From the NCBI GenBank assembly GCA_040767365.1, contig JAXGOR010000001.1, positions 158,298 to 222,297 on the forward strand: a stretch of DNA of 64,000 nucleotides. The letters run 5' to 3'. Of the stretch, positions 22,387 through 32,750 are shown piece after piece. The first letter of the stretch is position 1; each line of letters starts with the position of its first letter. The notes beneath the pieces were generated by a model. That model had not been told where the DNA came from. It saw only the letters and a list, made by a program, of their open reading frames with translations, and did not search any database. This DNA is from Clostridia bacterium. GTDB taxonomy: Bacteria > Bacillota > Clostridia > Saccharofermentanales > DTU023. The position numbers and the translations under genes were made by a program.

Positions 22387-24919
22387 TCTTGACGATTACC
22401 TTTTCTCCTCTCGGCAGGCATTCCAACCGTTGCCGGTTGCCCCAGCTGAAAAGATAGCAGCCACTGCCATCGGTCATGGTCTGCTTACCCTTTTCATGGC
22501 CCCCGCTGCCCTCCGGCGCCAGGTCCACCTCAAGCTGGCTGGCCCCGACGATTTCCCCGGTCAGCCAGAGGTCGGCCAGGGTGTCCTCGATCCGGCGCTG
22601 GATGGTTCGGCGCAGGGGCCGGGCACCAAACTTGGGATCATAGCCCTCCTCTGCCAGGGCCTGGCGGGCGGCCTCACCGACCTGGAGCTCAATCCCCCGC
22701 CGGCTGAGCGATTCCTCCGGTTCCCGGAGCATGAGGTCGACGATGGCCCGGATCTCCTCCTTGGACAGTTCGTGGAAGATGATGGTCTCATCGATCCTGT
22801 TCAGGAATTCAGGCCTGAAAAGCTCCTTGAGGACGGTCTCGACCCGCTCCTCCATGGCCTGGTGGCCAACGGAGCCAAAGCCGATCCCATGTGATTTGAG
22901 GGTGGTTCCCGCGTTGGAGGTCATGACCAGGAGGCTGTTCTCAAAGTTGACCACCCGGCCATGACTGTCCGTCAGACGGCCATCATCCAGGATCTGGAGC
23001 AGCATGTTGTAGACGTCGGCATGGGCCTTCTCGATCTCGTCAAAGAGGACAACGCTGTAGGGCTTCCGCCTGATCTTCTCGGTCAGCTGACCTCCGTCAT
23101 CGTAGCCGACATAGCCCGGCGGCGACCCGATCAGCTTGCTGACGGTATGGGGTTCCATAAATTCCGACATGTCCAGGCGGATCAGGCTGTCCTCCGAGTC
23201 AAAGAGGGTCTCGGCCAGGGCCTTGACAAGCTCCGTCTTGCCGACGCCGGTCGGCCCTACAAAGAGGAAGGAAGGGGGTTTCTGCTTGGGGGCGAAGCCC
23301 GCCCGCGACCGCCTTACGGCACGGGCCAGGGCGTTGATGGCCTCATCCTGGCCGATCACCCGCCGGTGGAGCTTTTCCTCCAGGTTGAGCAACCTGTCCG
23401 ATTCGGACTGGGTCAGTTTCTGGACCGGGATACCCGTCCACATCTCGACGACACCGGCGATATCCTCCTCCGTGATCTCCACCGGCCTGCATTCCTCCTC
23501 CAGCTCCTCAATCTCCTTCTCCAGCCGGATGAGCTCCGACCGGATCTCCGCCTGGACTTCGTAGAGCCGGAGCGCCTCCTCCCTCGACGGCTGTTCCGAG
23601 AGTTCCTTCTCCTTGTCCTCCCGGATTTCCACCAGCAACTGGTAACGGTCATTCATGTGCTTGAGCCGGGTCAGGCACTCTGAGTCAAGGTTTTGCCGTG
23701 AACCCGCCTCATCGATCAGGTCAATGGCCTTGTCAGGCTGGTAGCGGTCCATGATATAGCGGTTCGACAGACGGACGGCCGTTTCCAGCACCGGCAGGGG
23801 GAAGATGACATGATGGTGCTTCTCATAATAATCCTTGACCCCGGTCAGGATCTGCAGGGTCAGCTCCTCGGAGGGTTCATCGATCATGACCTTTTGGAAG
23901 CGGCGTTCCAAAGCCGAATCCTTCTCGATGAAGCGCCTGTATTCGTCCAGGGTAGTCGAGCCGATCACCCTGATCTCACCCCGCGCCAGGGCGGGTTTCA
24001 GGATGTTGGCCGCGTTCATGGCCCCCTCGGCGTCACCGGCCCCCATGATATTGTGCAGCTCGTCAATGACCAGGATCACATTGCCCGACCGGCGGGCGTC
24101 ATCGACAACCCCCTTCATCCGGCTCTCAAACTGGCCCCTGAACTGGGTGCCGGCAACCATGGCGGTCATGTCAAGGAGGAAGAGTTCCTGGTCAAGCAGT
24201 TTGGCTGGAACCTGGCCCTGGGTGATCCGGACGGCCAGGCCTTCGGCGATCGCCGTCTTGCCGACACCGGCCTCGCCGATCAAGGCAGGATTGTTCTTCG
24301 ACCGCCTGTTCAGGATCTGTATGGTCCGGGCCAGTTCCTCCTCCCGGCCGATGATCCGGTCAATCCGGCCGGCCTCCGCCTCCTCGGTCAGGTTGATGGC
24401 GAACTGCTCAAGGAACTTGCGCTTCCGCTCCTTCTTACCCCTGGACCGCTTCCGGCCCGGGATGGCCCGCCGGTAGCCGGACAATTCGTCAGGCTCCCCG
24501 ATGCTGGCTGGCATGAGTTCACCGATGGAGGCATGCGGCCGCAGGGTCGGCCGACCTGGCTCCTCTTCCTCCCCGGACTTCTCCCCTTCGGCCTCCTCCT
24601 CTTCCTTTTCGAAAAGCCCCTCGCCCAGCGGAAGGCCGGAGAGGGAAGGCAGGTCGGAAAAGTCCGCTGACAGCAGACCCTTGAGGAGTTCCTCGGGACT
24701 CTTGGCTGAAATACCGGCCAGGACCTCGTTCATGCGGGCCGTGATCTCGTCGATATTCTCCTCCGTGATGCCGGCCCTTGAAAAGAGCTGATCCAGGCCG
24801 GGCAGGTCCGACTCAAAGGCGCACTTGAGGCAGATGCCGTCCATGCGGGCCTGTCCGTCTTCATAGCGGGTGGTGAAGATAGCCGCTTCGTTTTTATTGC
24901 ATATTGAACATTTACTCAT
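22379..24919 (-). CDS. ATP-dependent Clp protease ATP-binding subunit (ClpC/ClpE type, N-terminal Zn finger)
   Basis: CSIC...CLKC N-terminus; two AAA modules (GEAGVGKT, GPTGVGKT), KDSALERRFQ, FRPEFLNRID, GARPLRR. Confidence 0.93.
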   Translation of the reverse strand: MSKCSICNKNEAAIFTTRYEDGQARMDGICLKCAFESDLPGLDQLFSRAGITEENIDEITARMNEVLAGISAKSPEELLKGLLSADFSDLPSLSGLPLGEGLFEKEEEEAEGEKSGEEEEPGRPTLRPHASIGELMPASIGEPDELSGYRRAIPGRKRSRGKKERKRKFLEQFAINLTEEAEAGRIDRIIGREEELARTIQILNRRSKNNPALIGEAGVGKTAIAEGLAVRITQGQVPAKLLDQELFLLDMTAMVAGTQFRGQFESRMKGVVDDARRSGNVILVIDELHNIMGAGDAEGAMNAANILKPALARGEIRVIGSTTLDEYRRFIEKDSALERRFQKVMIDEPSEELTLQILTGVKDYYEKHHHVIFPLPVLETAVRLSNRYIMDRYQPDKAIDLIDEAGSRQNLDSECLTRLKHMNDRYQLLVEIREDKEKELSEQPSREEALRLYEVQAEIRSELIRLEKEIEELEEECRPVEITEEDIAGVVEMWTGIPVQKLTQSESDRLLNLEEKLHRRVIGQDEAINALARAVRRSRAGFAPKQKPPSFLFVGPTGVGKTELVKALAETLFDSEDSLIRLDMSEFMEPHTVSKLIGSPPGYVGYDDGGQLTEKIRRKPYSVVLFDEIEKAHADVYNMLLQILDDGRLTDSHGRVVNFENSLLVMTSNAGTTLKSHGIGFGSVGHQAMEERVETVLKELFRPEFLNRIDETIIFHELSKEEIRAIVDLMLREPEESLSRRGIELQVGEAARQALAEEGYDPKFGARPLRRTIQRRIEDTLADLWLTGEIVGASQLEVDLAPEGSGGHEKGKQTMTDGSGCYLFSWGNRQRLECLPRGEKVIVKNE

Positions 24920-24978
24920 TATTTATCCGTTCCAGTCACCGTCCCCCCATTAATCATAAGGGATGGGACCCGTTTTTC

Positions 24979-27876
24979 TCAAGAAGACCGGCCGCAAGTC
25001 ATGGGGACAAAATGGCGTTCCCGGTCCAGGATGGAGGCCAGGTAATGGCCGGTGAAGGATCCTTCATCCTCCGCCACCTGCTCAGGCGTCCCCGTCGCGA
25101 TGACCCGGCCGCCGCCGTCACCGCCTTCAGGCCCCAGGTCTATGATGTAGTCGGCCGTCTTGATCACGTCCAGGTTGTGTTCGATGACAATGACGGTGTT
25201 CCCGGCCGCGACCAGCCTTTGCAGGATCCCGGTCAAACGGTGCACATCCGCCGCGTGGAGGCCTGTTGTCGGCTCATCCAGGATGATCAGGGTCTTACCT
25301 GTGCTCCGCTTGGACAGCTCAAAGGCCAGCTTGACCCGCTGGGCCTCCCCTCCCGACAGTTGGGTTGAGGACTGTCCCAGCTTGATGTAGCCGAGGCCGA
25401 CATCCTCCAGGGTCTGCAGCCTCCTCGTAATCGAGGGGATGTTCCCGAAAAAGGCCAGGGCCTCGCTGACCGTCATGTCCAGGACATCACTGATGTTCTT
25501 GCCCTTGTAGAGGACTTCCAGGGTCTCCCGGTTATAGCGCTTGCCCTGGCAGACATCACAGGTCACGAAGACGTCGGGCAGGAAATGCATCTCGATCCTG
25601 TTGACGCCGTTGCCCGAACAGGCCTCACAGCGGCCGCCCCTGACATTGAAGCTGAACCGGCCCGGCTTGTAGCCGCGTTGCTTGGCCGCGGGGGTCTCAG
25701 CGAAAAGCGCCCGGATCTGGTTGAAGGCGGAGGTGTAGGTCGCTGGATTGGACCTGGGCGTCCTCCCGATCGGGGTCTGGTCGATGGCGATCACCTTGTC
25801 CAGCTGTTCGACCCCCTCCAGGGAGTCGAAACGGCCAACCTGCCGTCTGGACCGGTTGAGTTCCGCCTCCAGCTTCTTGAGCAGGATATTGTCGATCAAG
25901 GAGCTCTTGCCCGAGCCGGATACCCCGGTCACGCAGGTCAGGAGGCCCAGCGGTATGCTGACATCTATGTTTTTCAGGTTGTTCTCCCGGGCGCCCCGGA
26001 TGGTCAGGAAACCCTGATCCGCCGGCCGCCTCCGGTCGGGGATCGGTATCCGCTTCCTGCCGGAGAGATACTGGCCCGTGATTGAATCGGGGTCACAGGC
26101 AATGTCATCCGGCCGGCCCTCGGCGACGATCCTCCCCCCCTGGACACCGGCCCCGGGTCCGATGTCGATGACATGGTCGGCCTCCCAGATGGTCTCCTCG
26201 TCATGCTCAACGACCAGGATGGTGTTGCCCAGGTCGCGCAGGTTCTTCAAGGTCTCCAGCAGCCTGATGTTGTCCCGCTGGTGGAGGCCGATGCTGGGCT
26301 CGTCCAGTACATAGAGGACCCCGGTCAGCCCGGCCCCGATCTGGGTGGCCAGCCGGATCCGCTGTGACTCACCGCCCGACAGGGTGCCCGATGACCGGGC
26401 CAGGGTCAGGTAGTCCAGCCCCACATCACGGAGGAACTGCAGGCGGGCGAGGATCTCCCGCATGACGGGCCTGGCTATCTCGCCGGCCGCCTCGGGGAAG
26501 TCCAGGGAACTGAAAAATTCGTAGGCCCGGGTAATCGGGAACCGGGTCAGGTCACTGATGTTTACGCCGCCCACGGTCACCGCCAGCACCTCCGGCCGGA
26601 GGCGGGCCCCCTGGCAGACCGGACAGGGGGTGACCAGCATGAAGCGGTTGTAGTATTCCTTCATTTCCGGCGAGGAGGTCTCATTGTACCGGCGTTCAAG
26701 GATAGGGATTATCCCCTCCCAGCTGGTGTGGTAGGGCCGGCCCTTGTTGTAGCGGGTCCGGCTGGTGTCGACCACGATCTCCTCCCCCCTGTTCCCGAAG
26801 AGCATGAGCTCGCGCGCCTCATCGGTCAGCTCCTCCCAGGGCTCTTCCAGGGAGAAGCCATACTTGTCGGCCAGGGCCTCCACGTGGCAGTAGGACCAGC
26901 TGTTCTCATCGGTGAAGTGAAAGCCATTGACATCAATGGCCCCCCCCTTGATCGGCAGGCTGCTGTCCCCGACCACGAATTCGGGCGCGAAGTGGACCCG
27001 CTCACCCAGGCCGGTACATTCGGGGCAGGCCCCGTAGGGATTATTGAAACTAAACATGCGGGGGGTCAGTTCCCCCAGGCTGATTTCACACTGGACACAG
27101 GCCAGCTTCTGGGAGAAAATCTGCTCCGTCACCCGGTATTCGCCCTCCTGGCCGGTCGCTTCCTCGAAGCGGACCAGGACCAGGTCATCCGCCAGCTCCA
27201 GCGCCGTTTCCAGCGAGTCCGCCAGCCTCTTTTCTATCCCCTCCCGCCGGACCAGCCGGTCAACCACCACCTCGATGGTGTGTTTTTTCTGGGGGGCCAG
27301 ACTGAGGTCTTCATAGAGCTCTGCCATCTCGCCGTCAACCCGGATCCGGGCAAAACCCAGGGATCGGAGTTTTTCCAGCAGGCGGACATGTTCACCCTTG
27401 CGATCCCGTACGACCGGGGCAAGCAGGGTCAGCCTGGTCCCCTCCGGCCGGGACATGATGGCATCTGTCATCTGGTCGACCGTCTGTCGTTCGATCACGC
27501 TGCCGCAGATGGGGCAATGCGGGATGCCGACCCGGGCAAAGAGGAGCCTGAGATAGTCATAGATTTCAGTGACCGTCCCCACCGTTGAACGGGGATTGCG
27601 GCTGGTTGTCTTCTGGTCGATGGCGATGGCCGGCGACAGGCCGTCGATCCTGTCGACATCCGGCTTCTGGGCCTGCCCCAAAAACTGGCGGGCGTAGGAG
27701 GACAGGGACTCCACATAGCGCCGCTGTCCCTCCGCGTAGATGGTATCAAAGGCCAGGGAGGACTTGCCGGATCCCGAAATCCCCGTCAGCACGACCAGCT
27801 TGTTACGGGGGATGGCCAGGTCAATATTCTTCAGATTATGTTCTCTTGCGCCAAAGACGCGTATTTCTGATTTCAT
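24979..27876 (-). CDS. uvrA: Excinuclease ABC subunit A
   Basis: GAREHNLKN, two Walker A motifs GSGKSS, LSGGE twice, Zn fingers. Confidence 0.98.
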   Translation of the reverse strand: MKSEIRVFGAREHNLKNIDLAIPRNKLVVLTGISGSGKSSLAFDTIYAEGQRRYVESLSSYARQFLGQAQKPDVDRIDGLSPAIAIDQKTTSRNPRSTVGTVTEIYDYLRLLFARVGIPHCPICGSVIERQTVDQMTDAIMSRPEGTRLTLLAPVVRDRKGEHVRLLEKLRSLGFARIRVDGEMAELYEDLSLAPQKKHTIEVVVDRLVRREGIEKRLADSLETALELADDLVLVRFEEATGQEGEYRVTEQIFSQKLACVQCEISLGELTPRMFSFNNPYGACPECTGLGERVHFAPEFVVGDSSLPIKGGAIDVNGFHFTDENSWSYCHVEALADKYGFSLEEPWEELTDEARELMLFGNRGEEIVVDTSRTRYNKGRPYHTSWEGIIPILERRYNETSSPEMKEYYNRFMLVTPCPVCQGARLRPEVLAVTVGGVNISDLTRFPITRAYEFFSSLDFPEAAGEIARPVMREILARLQFLRDVGLDYLTLARSSGTLSGGESQRIRLATQIGAGLTGVLYVLDEPSIGLHQRDNIRLLETLKNLRDLGNTILVVEHDEETIWEADHVIDIGPGAGVQGGRIVAEGRPDDIACDPDSITGQYLSGRKRIPIPDRRRPADQGFLTIRGARENNLKNIDVSIPLGLLTCVTGVSGSGKSSLIDNILLKKLEAELNRSRRQVGRFDSLEGVEQLDKVIAIDQTPIGRTPRSNPATYTSAFNQIRALFAETPAAKQRGYKPGRFSFNVRGGRCEACSGNGVNRIEMHFLPDVFVTCDVCQGKRYNRETLEVLYKGKNISDVLDMTVSEALAFFGNIPSITRRLQTLEDVGLGYIKLGQSSTQLSGGEAQRVKLAFELSKRSTGKTLIILDEPTTGLHAADVHRLTGILQRLVAAGNTVIVIEHNLDVIKTADYIIDLGPEGGDGGGRVIATGTPEQVAEDEGSFTGHYLASILDRERHFVPMTCGRSS

Positions 27877-27977
27877 AGGCTGATTTTAGCACAGGCTTTC
27901 TGCCTGAATGTGGCAGGATTCCGAAAGATCAGTGCCTGTCTCAAGCCTTTTCAGCAGTTTTCACAGGGCCTGCCCGT

Positions 27978-28006
27978 TTGCCTCTTTACCCGCTCTGTCC
28001 TATAAT
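27978..28006 (+). promoter_or_regulatory. Sigma-A type promoter of feoAB
   Basis: TTGCCT(27978-27983)-17 nt-TATAAT(28001-28006). Confidence 0.65.
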
Positions 28007-28073
28007 TTTCCTTGGCTGATCCCTTGCGGAATCCACCCCTCCGCCAGTTGCCAGTTAACCATTACCCGGGAGA

Positions 28074-28442
28074 GTGAAACAGAAGACCATGTTCCTAGAC
28101 CAATTGCCAATCGATGGGTGCGCCCGTATCGTCCGTGTCCACGGTGACGGCGAGCTGAGACGCCGTCTGCTGGATATGGGCCTGACCCCGGGCACCATTG
28201 TCAAGCTTGTCCGGATGGCGCCCCTGGGCGATCCCATGCAACTTTGCCTCCGTGGCTACAGGCTGTCACTCCGACAGGAGGCGGCCCGGGATATCGAGAT
28301 CGAGCCCCTCCCTCTTTGTGCCGGCAGCTGCCCCCAGCCCTGTGCCTACAGGAGGCCCGGTTATCACCTGGATGACCCTGACTGCCTCTATGGCCGTCGC
28401 CGCCGCAGGAGAAGGAATTGGCCATGGCGCAGAAAGAGATGA
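28074..28442 (+). CDS. feoA: Ferrous iron transport protein A with Cys/Arg-rich C-terminal extension
   Basis: RRRLLDMGLTPGT...APLGDP...LRGYRLSLR..A..I; start is GTG 28074 or ATG 28089. Confidence 0.9.
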   Translation: MKQKTMFLDQLPIDGCARIVRVHGDGELRRRLLDMGLTPGTIVKLVRMAPLGDPMQLCLRGYRLSLRQEAARDIEIEPLPLCAGSCPQPCAYRRPGYHLDDPDCLYGRRRRRRRNWPWRRKR

Positions 28443-30448
28443 CCTTTGCCCTCATGGGCAACCAGAACTCCGGCAAGACCACCCTCTTCAACCGCCTGAC
28501 CGGCAGTGAACAGCAGGTCTCCAATTACCCCGGCATCACCGTGGAAAGGATCGAGGGCAAGCTCCGCCATCACCCCGAGACTGCCATTGTCGACCTGCCC
28601 GGGATTTATTCCCTGTCACCCTATTCCCCGGAGGAGATCATCAGCCGGAATTTCCTCCTGGAGGAAAAACCCGACCTCATCCTCAATATCGTCGACGCGA
28701 CCAGCCTGGAGAGGGGACTCTACCTCACCCTCCAGCTGATCGAACTTGATATCCCCATGACCCTGGCCCTCAATATGATCGATGAGATGCCGGCCCTCGG
28801 CCGCCAGATCGACGTGGAACTGCTGGAGAAGGAACTGGGCATCCCGGTGGTCCCCATATCGGCCAGCCTGAATGAAGGGGTTTCGGAATTCGTCCGGGTC
28901 TCCCTGGAGACGGCCAGAAACAAGATCAAGCCCAAGAATCCCGACCTCTGCAGCGGAACGGTCCACCGGGCCATCCATTCCATCGCGACCCTGATCGAGG
29001 ACCACGCCGAAAAACTCAAGGTACCCTCCCGCTTCGCCGCCACCAAGCTGGTCGAGGGGGACGAGCTCTTCACCCCCAAGCTGGAGCTGAACCAGAATGA
29101 GCTGGAGACGGTCGAACACATCGTCCTGGAGATGGAGCGGGAGAGCGGTACGGACCGGTGGGCGGCGCTGGCGGATATGCGCTACGACTATATCTCCGGT
29201 GTCGAACAGAAGGTCCTGGTCTGCGAATACCCGGCCTACGAGGAGGTGCCGACCGCCAGCCGTGCCCTGGACCGGATCCTCCTCCACAAATACCTGGGCA
29301 TCCCCCTCTTTTTCGCCATCATGGGGGGGATATTCTGGATCACCTTCGGCCCCCTGGGTAGCTTCCTGAGTGAGGGTTTTGCCGATCTCATCGGCCTGGC
29401 AGGCGAGGCCGCGGGCCGGGGTCTGGAGTCGGTAGGCCTCAACCCCATCGTCCGGTCCGCCGTGGTGGATGGTCTATTCTCCGGGGTGGGCAGCGTGGTC
29501 GAATTCCTGCCCATGATCCTGATCCTCTTCTTCCTGCTCTCACTTCTGGAAGACAGCGGCTACATGGCCCGGGTCGCCTTCATGATGGACCGCCTCCTCC
29601 GCCATATCGGCCTGTCGGGCTCCAGTATCGTCCCCCTCCTCCTGGGCTTCGGCTGTTCCGTCCCCGCCGTCATGGCGACCCGGACCCTGCCCTCCAAGCG
29701 GGACCGCTACCTCACCACCCTCCTGATACCCTTCATGAGCTGTTCGGCCAAGGTCCCCGTCTATGGCCTGCTGGCCCGGACCATCTTCCCCAACAGTGTC
29801 ACCCTCATCGTGCTCGGTCTTTACATCCTGGGCATGGTCCTCTGCGTCATCACGGCCCTGATCCTGAAGCGGACCCTCTTCAAGGGCGAGCCCTCCCCCT
29901 TTGTCCTGGAGTTGCCGCTCTACCGCTTCCCCTCCCTGATTTCACTTGGCCGACTGGTCTGGCGCCATGCCAAGGAGTTCTTCACCCGGGCCTTCACCAT
30001 CATCCTCCTGGTGACCATGATCATCTGGTTCTTCCAGACCTTCGACTTCCGCTTCTTCCCCGTCGGCTCTCCCGAGGAGAGCATGCTGGCCATCATGGCC
30101 CGCTGGGTCAGCCCCCTCTTCGCCCCGCTCGGCTTCAACGACTGGGCGGCGACCAGCGCCCTGATCGCGGGCTTCACGGCCAAGGAAGTGGTGATCAGCG
30201 CCCTGTCCGTGGCCACCGTCAGCCGGGCACCCTCCCTCCAGGCCGCCCTGATCGGGATCTTTACCCCGGCGGCCGCCATCGCCTTCCTGGTCTTCATCCT
30301 CCTTTACACACCCTGCGCGGCCGCCGTCACAGTCATGCAGCGGGAACTGAAGCTGAAGGGGGGCTTTGCCCTGATCGTCCTCTACCAGACGGTCTTTGCC
30401 TGGATCGTGGCCTGGCTGGCCTACCAGGCCGCCCTGCTGATCCTTTAG
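28424..30448 (+). CDS. feoB: Ferrous iron transport protein B
   Basis: GNQNSGKTTLFN, NYPGITVE, DLPGIYSL, LEDSGYMAR, GFGCSVPA, PFMSCSAK, LYTPC. Confidence 0.97.
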   Translation: MAQKEMTFALMGNQNSGKTTLFNRLTGSEQQVSNYPGITVERIEGKLRHHPETAIVDLPGIYSLSPYSPEEIISRNFLLEEKPDLILNIVDATSLERGLYLTLQLIELDIPMTLALNMIDEMPALGRQIDVELLEKELGIPVVPISASLNEGVSEFVRVSLETARNKIKPKNPDLCSGTVHRAIHSIATLIEDHAEKLKVPSRFAATKLVEGDELFTPKLELNQNELETVEHIVLEMERESGTDRWAALADMRYDYISGVEQKVLVCEYPAYEEVPTASRALDRILLHKYLGIPLFFAIMGGIFWITFGPLGSFLSEGFADLIGLAGEAAGRGLESVGLNPIVRSAVVDGLFSGVGSVVEFLPMILILFFLLSLLEDSGYMARVAFMMDRLLRHIGLSGSSIVPLLLGFGCSVPAVMATRTLPSKRDRYLTTLLIPFMSCSAKVPVYGLLARTIFPNSVTLIVLGLYILGMVLCVITALILKRTLFKGEPSPFVLELPLYRFPSLISLGRLVWRHAKEFFTRAFTIILLVTMIIWFFQTFDFRFFPVGSPEESMLAIMARWVSPLFAPLGFNDWAATSALIAGFTAKEVVISALSVATVSRAPSLQAALIGIFTPAAAIAFLVFILLYTPCAAAVTVMQRELKLKGGFALIVLYQTVFAWIVAWLAYQAALLIL

Positions 30449-30467
30449 GACCCGGGGGAAACAAGTT

Positions 30468-31904
30468 ATGAATCAAGCGCTCAGCTCCTGGAAACAAGGA
30501 ATCAAGGATAAGCGGATCGCCGTCATCGGGGCCGGCATCAGCAACCGGCCGCTCCTCCGCTGGCTCTACCCCATCAATTCCCAAATCACGGTCTTCGACC
30601 GGATGGCACCCTCCGACGACCGATTGCGCGCCATCCAGAAGGATTTCCAGGACCGGGGCTTCTCCCTCGAATGGATAACGGGTCAGGGCTACCTGGACCA
30701 GCTGACCGGCTTCGACGTCATCTTCAGGACGCCCAGGATGAGGGTCGACCTGCCGGAACTGGTCAGGGAGAGGGAGAGGGGCGCCATCATCAGCTCCGAG
30801 ATCGCCCTCTTCACTGAACTTTGCCCGGCTCCCATCACAGCGGTGACGGGCAGTGACGGCAAGACGACGACAACGACCCTGATCAGCCTGATCCTGGAGG
30901 CCGGCGGCCACCGGGTCCACACGGGTGGCAATATCGGGACCCCCCTGATTGATAGGATTGAACAGATAAGGCCCCAGGACCGTGTCGTCCTGGAATTGTC
31001 CAGCTTCCAGCTCCTGGATATGGCCCAGCGGGTCCACTGCGCCGTCGTCACCAATATCATCCCCAACCATCTGGATTTCCATCTGGACTTTGAGGAATAC
31101 GCGGAGGCAAAAAAGAATATCCTCCATTGGCAGGAGGAGGGGGATTGCCTGGTCCTGAACGCCGAGGATGACTTCTCAAAATCCCTGGTCGGGGAAGCCA
31201 GGGCTGAGGTCAGCTTCTTCAACAAGCGGGAGGGGGAGGGCCGGACCTCGGCCTGGCGGCAGGCGGGCAAGCTCTGGATCCAGACCAGGGAGGACCGGGT
31301 CCCCCAGTTGATCATGGACGAGCAGGAGGTCCTCCTCCCCGGCAGCTTCAACCTGGGTAATCTCCTGGCGGCCGCCGTCGCGACCGCCGGCGAGGTCTCC
31401 CTGGACGCCGTCAGGCAGGTTGGCCGGAGCTTCAGGGGAGTGGCCCACCGGATGGAGCTGGTTGGTGAGGCGGAGGGAATCCGTTGGTACAACAGCTCCG
31501 TTGACAGCTCCCCCGCGCGGACCATAAGGACCCTCTCCGCCTTCGGAGAACGCCGGCAGCCCCTGGTCCTGATCACAGGGGGCCAGGATAAGAGCAGTGA
31601 CTATACCGGCCTGGGCCGGGCCATCGCCGGGACTACCCGCCGGCTCGTCCTCTGCGGGCAGAACGCGGATCTCATCCTCCAAAACCTTGAGATGGAGATG
31701 GGTCCGGCCCTGGAAGAGATGAGGATTGAGAAGGCCAAGGACTACCGGGAGGCCGTGGCCCTGGCCCGGGATCTGGCGGAGGCGGGCGATGCCATCCTCC
31801 TCTCCCCTGCCGGGACCAGCTATGACCGCTACCACCATTTTGAGGAAAGGGGCGATCATTTCCGCCGGCTCCTTGAAGATTTCCTGGAGGAAGGGAAGCC
31901 CTGA
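30468..31904 (+). CDS. murD: UDP-N-acetylmuramoyl-L-alanine--D-glutamate ligase
   Basis: VTGSDGKTTTT, GGNIG, LELSSFQL, NHLD, HRME, LLSPAGTSYD..FEERG. Confidence 0.93.
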   Translation: MNQALSSWKQGIKDKRIAVIGAGISNRPLLRWLYPINSQITVFDRMAPSDDRLRAIQKDFQDRGFSLEWITGQGYLDQLTGFDVIFRTPRMRVDLPELVRERERGAIISSEIALFTELCPAPITAVTGSDGKTTTTTLISLILEAGGHRVHTGGNIGTPLIDRIEQIRPQDRVVLELSSFQLLDMAQRVHCAVVTNIIPNHLDFHLDFEEYAEAKKNILHWQEEGDCLVLNAEDDFSKSLVGEARAEVSFFNKREGEGRTSAWRQAGKLWIQTREDRVPQLIMDEQEVLLPGSFNLGNLLAAAVATAGEVSLDAVRQVGRSFRGVAHRMELVGEAEGIRWYNSSVDSSPARTIRTLSAFGERRQPLVLITGGQDKSSDYTGLGRAIAGTTRRLVLCGQNADLILQNLEMEMGPALEEMRIEKAKDYREAVALARDLAEAGDAILLSPAGTSYDRYHHFEERGDHFRRLLEDFLEEGKP

Positions 31905-31923
31905 GCCAAGCCTTACGCGCTTG

Positions 31924-31952
31924 TTGCCACTTCATTTTTCTCATGCTATAAT
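31924..31952 (+). promoter_or_regulatory. Strong sigma-A promoter of the tRNA pair
   Basis: TTGCCA-17 nt-TATAAT with extended -10 TG, 16 nt upstream of tRNA-Glu. Confidence 0.8.
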
Positions 31953-31968
31953 TCAATCCGTTGCGGAC

Positions 31969-32043
31969 GGCCCCATGGTCAAGTGGTCAAGACGTCGCCC
32001 TCTCACGGCGAAATCAGGAGTTCGACTCTCCTTGGGGTCACCA
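31969..32043 (+). tRNA. tRNA-Glu (anticodon CTC)
   Basis: Acceptor GGCCCCA/TGGGGTC, anticodon arm TCGCC-CTCTCAC-GGCGA, T loop TTCGACT, encoded CCA. Confidence 0.95.
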
Positions 32044-32047
32044 GGAC

Positions 32048-32134
32048 GCGGCCATGGCGGAATTGGCAGACGCGCTAGATTCAGGTTCTAGTCGGGGCAA
32101 CTCGGTGGAGGTTCAAATCCTCTTGGCCGCACCA
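32048..32134 (+). tRNA. tRNA-Leu (anticodon CAG)
   Basis: Acceptor GCGGCCA/TGGCCGC, anticodon arm CTAGA-TTCAGGT-TCTAG, long variable arm, TTCAAAT loop, encoded CCA. Confidence 0.95.
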
Positions 32135-32142
32135 AGGTTTTT

Positions 32143-32185
32143 AAACTCCCTTCCCATAATTTGATTTTATGGGGACGGAGTTTTT
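32143..32185 (+). terminator. Intrinsic terminator after the tRNA operon
   Basis: AAACTCC-CTTCCCATAA...TTATGGGGA-CGGAGTTTTT imperfect hairpin with T run. Confidence 0.7.
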
Positions 32186-32236
32186 CGTTAGCCTGGATTT
32201 CCCGGCCTTGTTGCTTGTCCAGGTCCGGATGCCGCC

Positions 32237-32704
32237 TCAGGGGTTGACCTTCAGGGTTTTAATATGCCACAACCACATGGCCTCCGGCTGATTTCCCGCC
32301 ACCAGCTGCACGGTCTCGGAAGACTCATCCCATTCCGTCTTGCCATTGATCTCAAAGACCAGGAGGGTGGCAGGATCCTCAATTATCTCAGGCGGATAGT
32401 TGACGGAGCGGCCCTCTTTCGAGGTCACTGTGAGGGAGGCATAGTCAGAAATATCAAGATATTCAAGCACATCCTTCATAAGGACGCCTGTCATCTCATC
32501 CGGGGCGTCGCCCCCCTCCCTTTGTACGGTCAGGCTGGTTTTATCAAGCTTGCCATAGTCAAAGGTCGAAAATACCTTGCTTTTAGCGCCTTCAACGCCA
32601 AAACTCCATCGTGGAAGTCCTTCTTCCTTCTTACTACAGGCGGCAAGCGCCACCGGCAGGAGCAGGATAACAAGGATGATCAGGCCGAATTTTCTTTGGA
32701 TCAT
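32237..32704 (-). CDS. Lipoprotein resembling a molybdopterin-oxidoreductase (Oxidored_molyb)-type domain
   Basis: Lipobox LAAC; TGVLMKDVL, LTVTSKEG, LLVFEING, VQLVAG...WLWHIKTLKV resemble motifs of that fold. Confidence 0.6.
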   Translation of the reverse strand: MIQRKFGLIILVILLLPVALAACSKKEEGLPRWSFGVEGAKSKVFSTFDYGKLDKTSLTVQREGGDAPDEMTGVLMKDVLEYLDISDYASLTVTSKEGRSVNYPPEIIEDPATLLVFEINGKTEWDESSETVQLVAGNQPEAMWLWHIKTLKVNP

Positions 32705-32750
32705 GTCCTATTTCCTCCCAATAATATTTTTAATCAAGCTATTTCCAAGC

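Noticed and set aside
24820-24919. Novel Zn-finger Clp ATPase
   Set aside because: N-terminal CxxC...CxxC domains are established for ClpE-type and many clostridial Clp ATPases
28007-28073. NiCo/iron riboswitch or Fur/DtxR box in the feoA leader
   Set aside because: Only a small GCGGA/TCCGC hairpin; no match to those consensus patterns by eye
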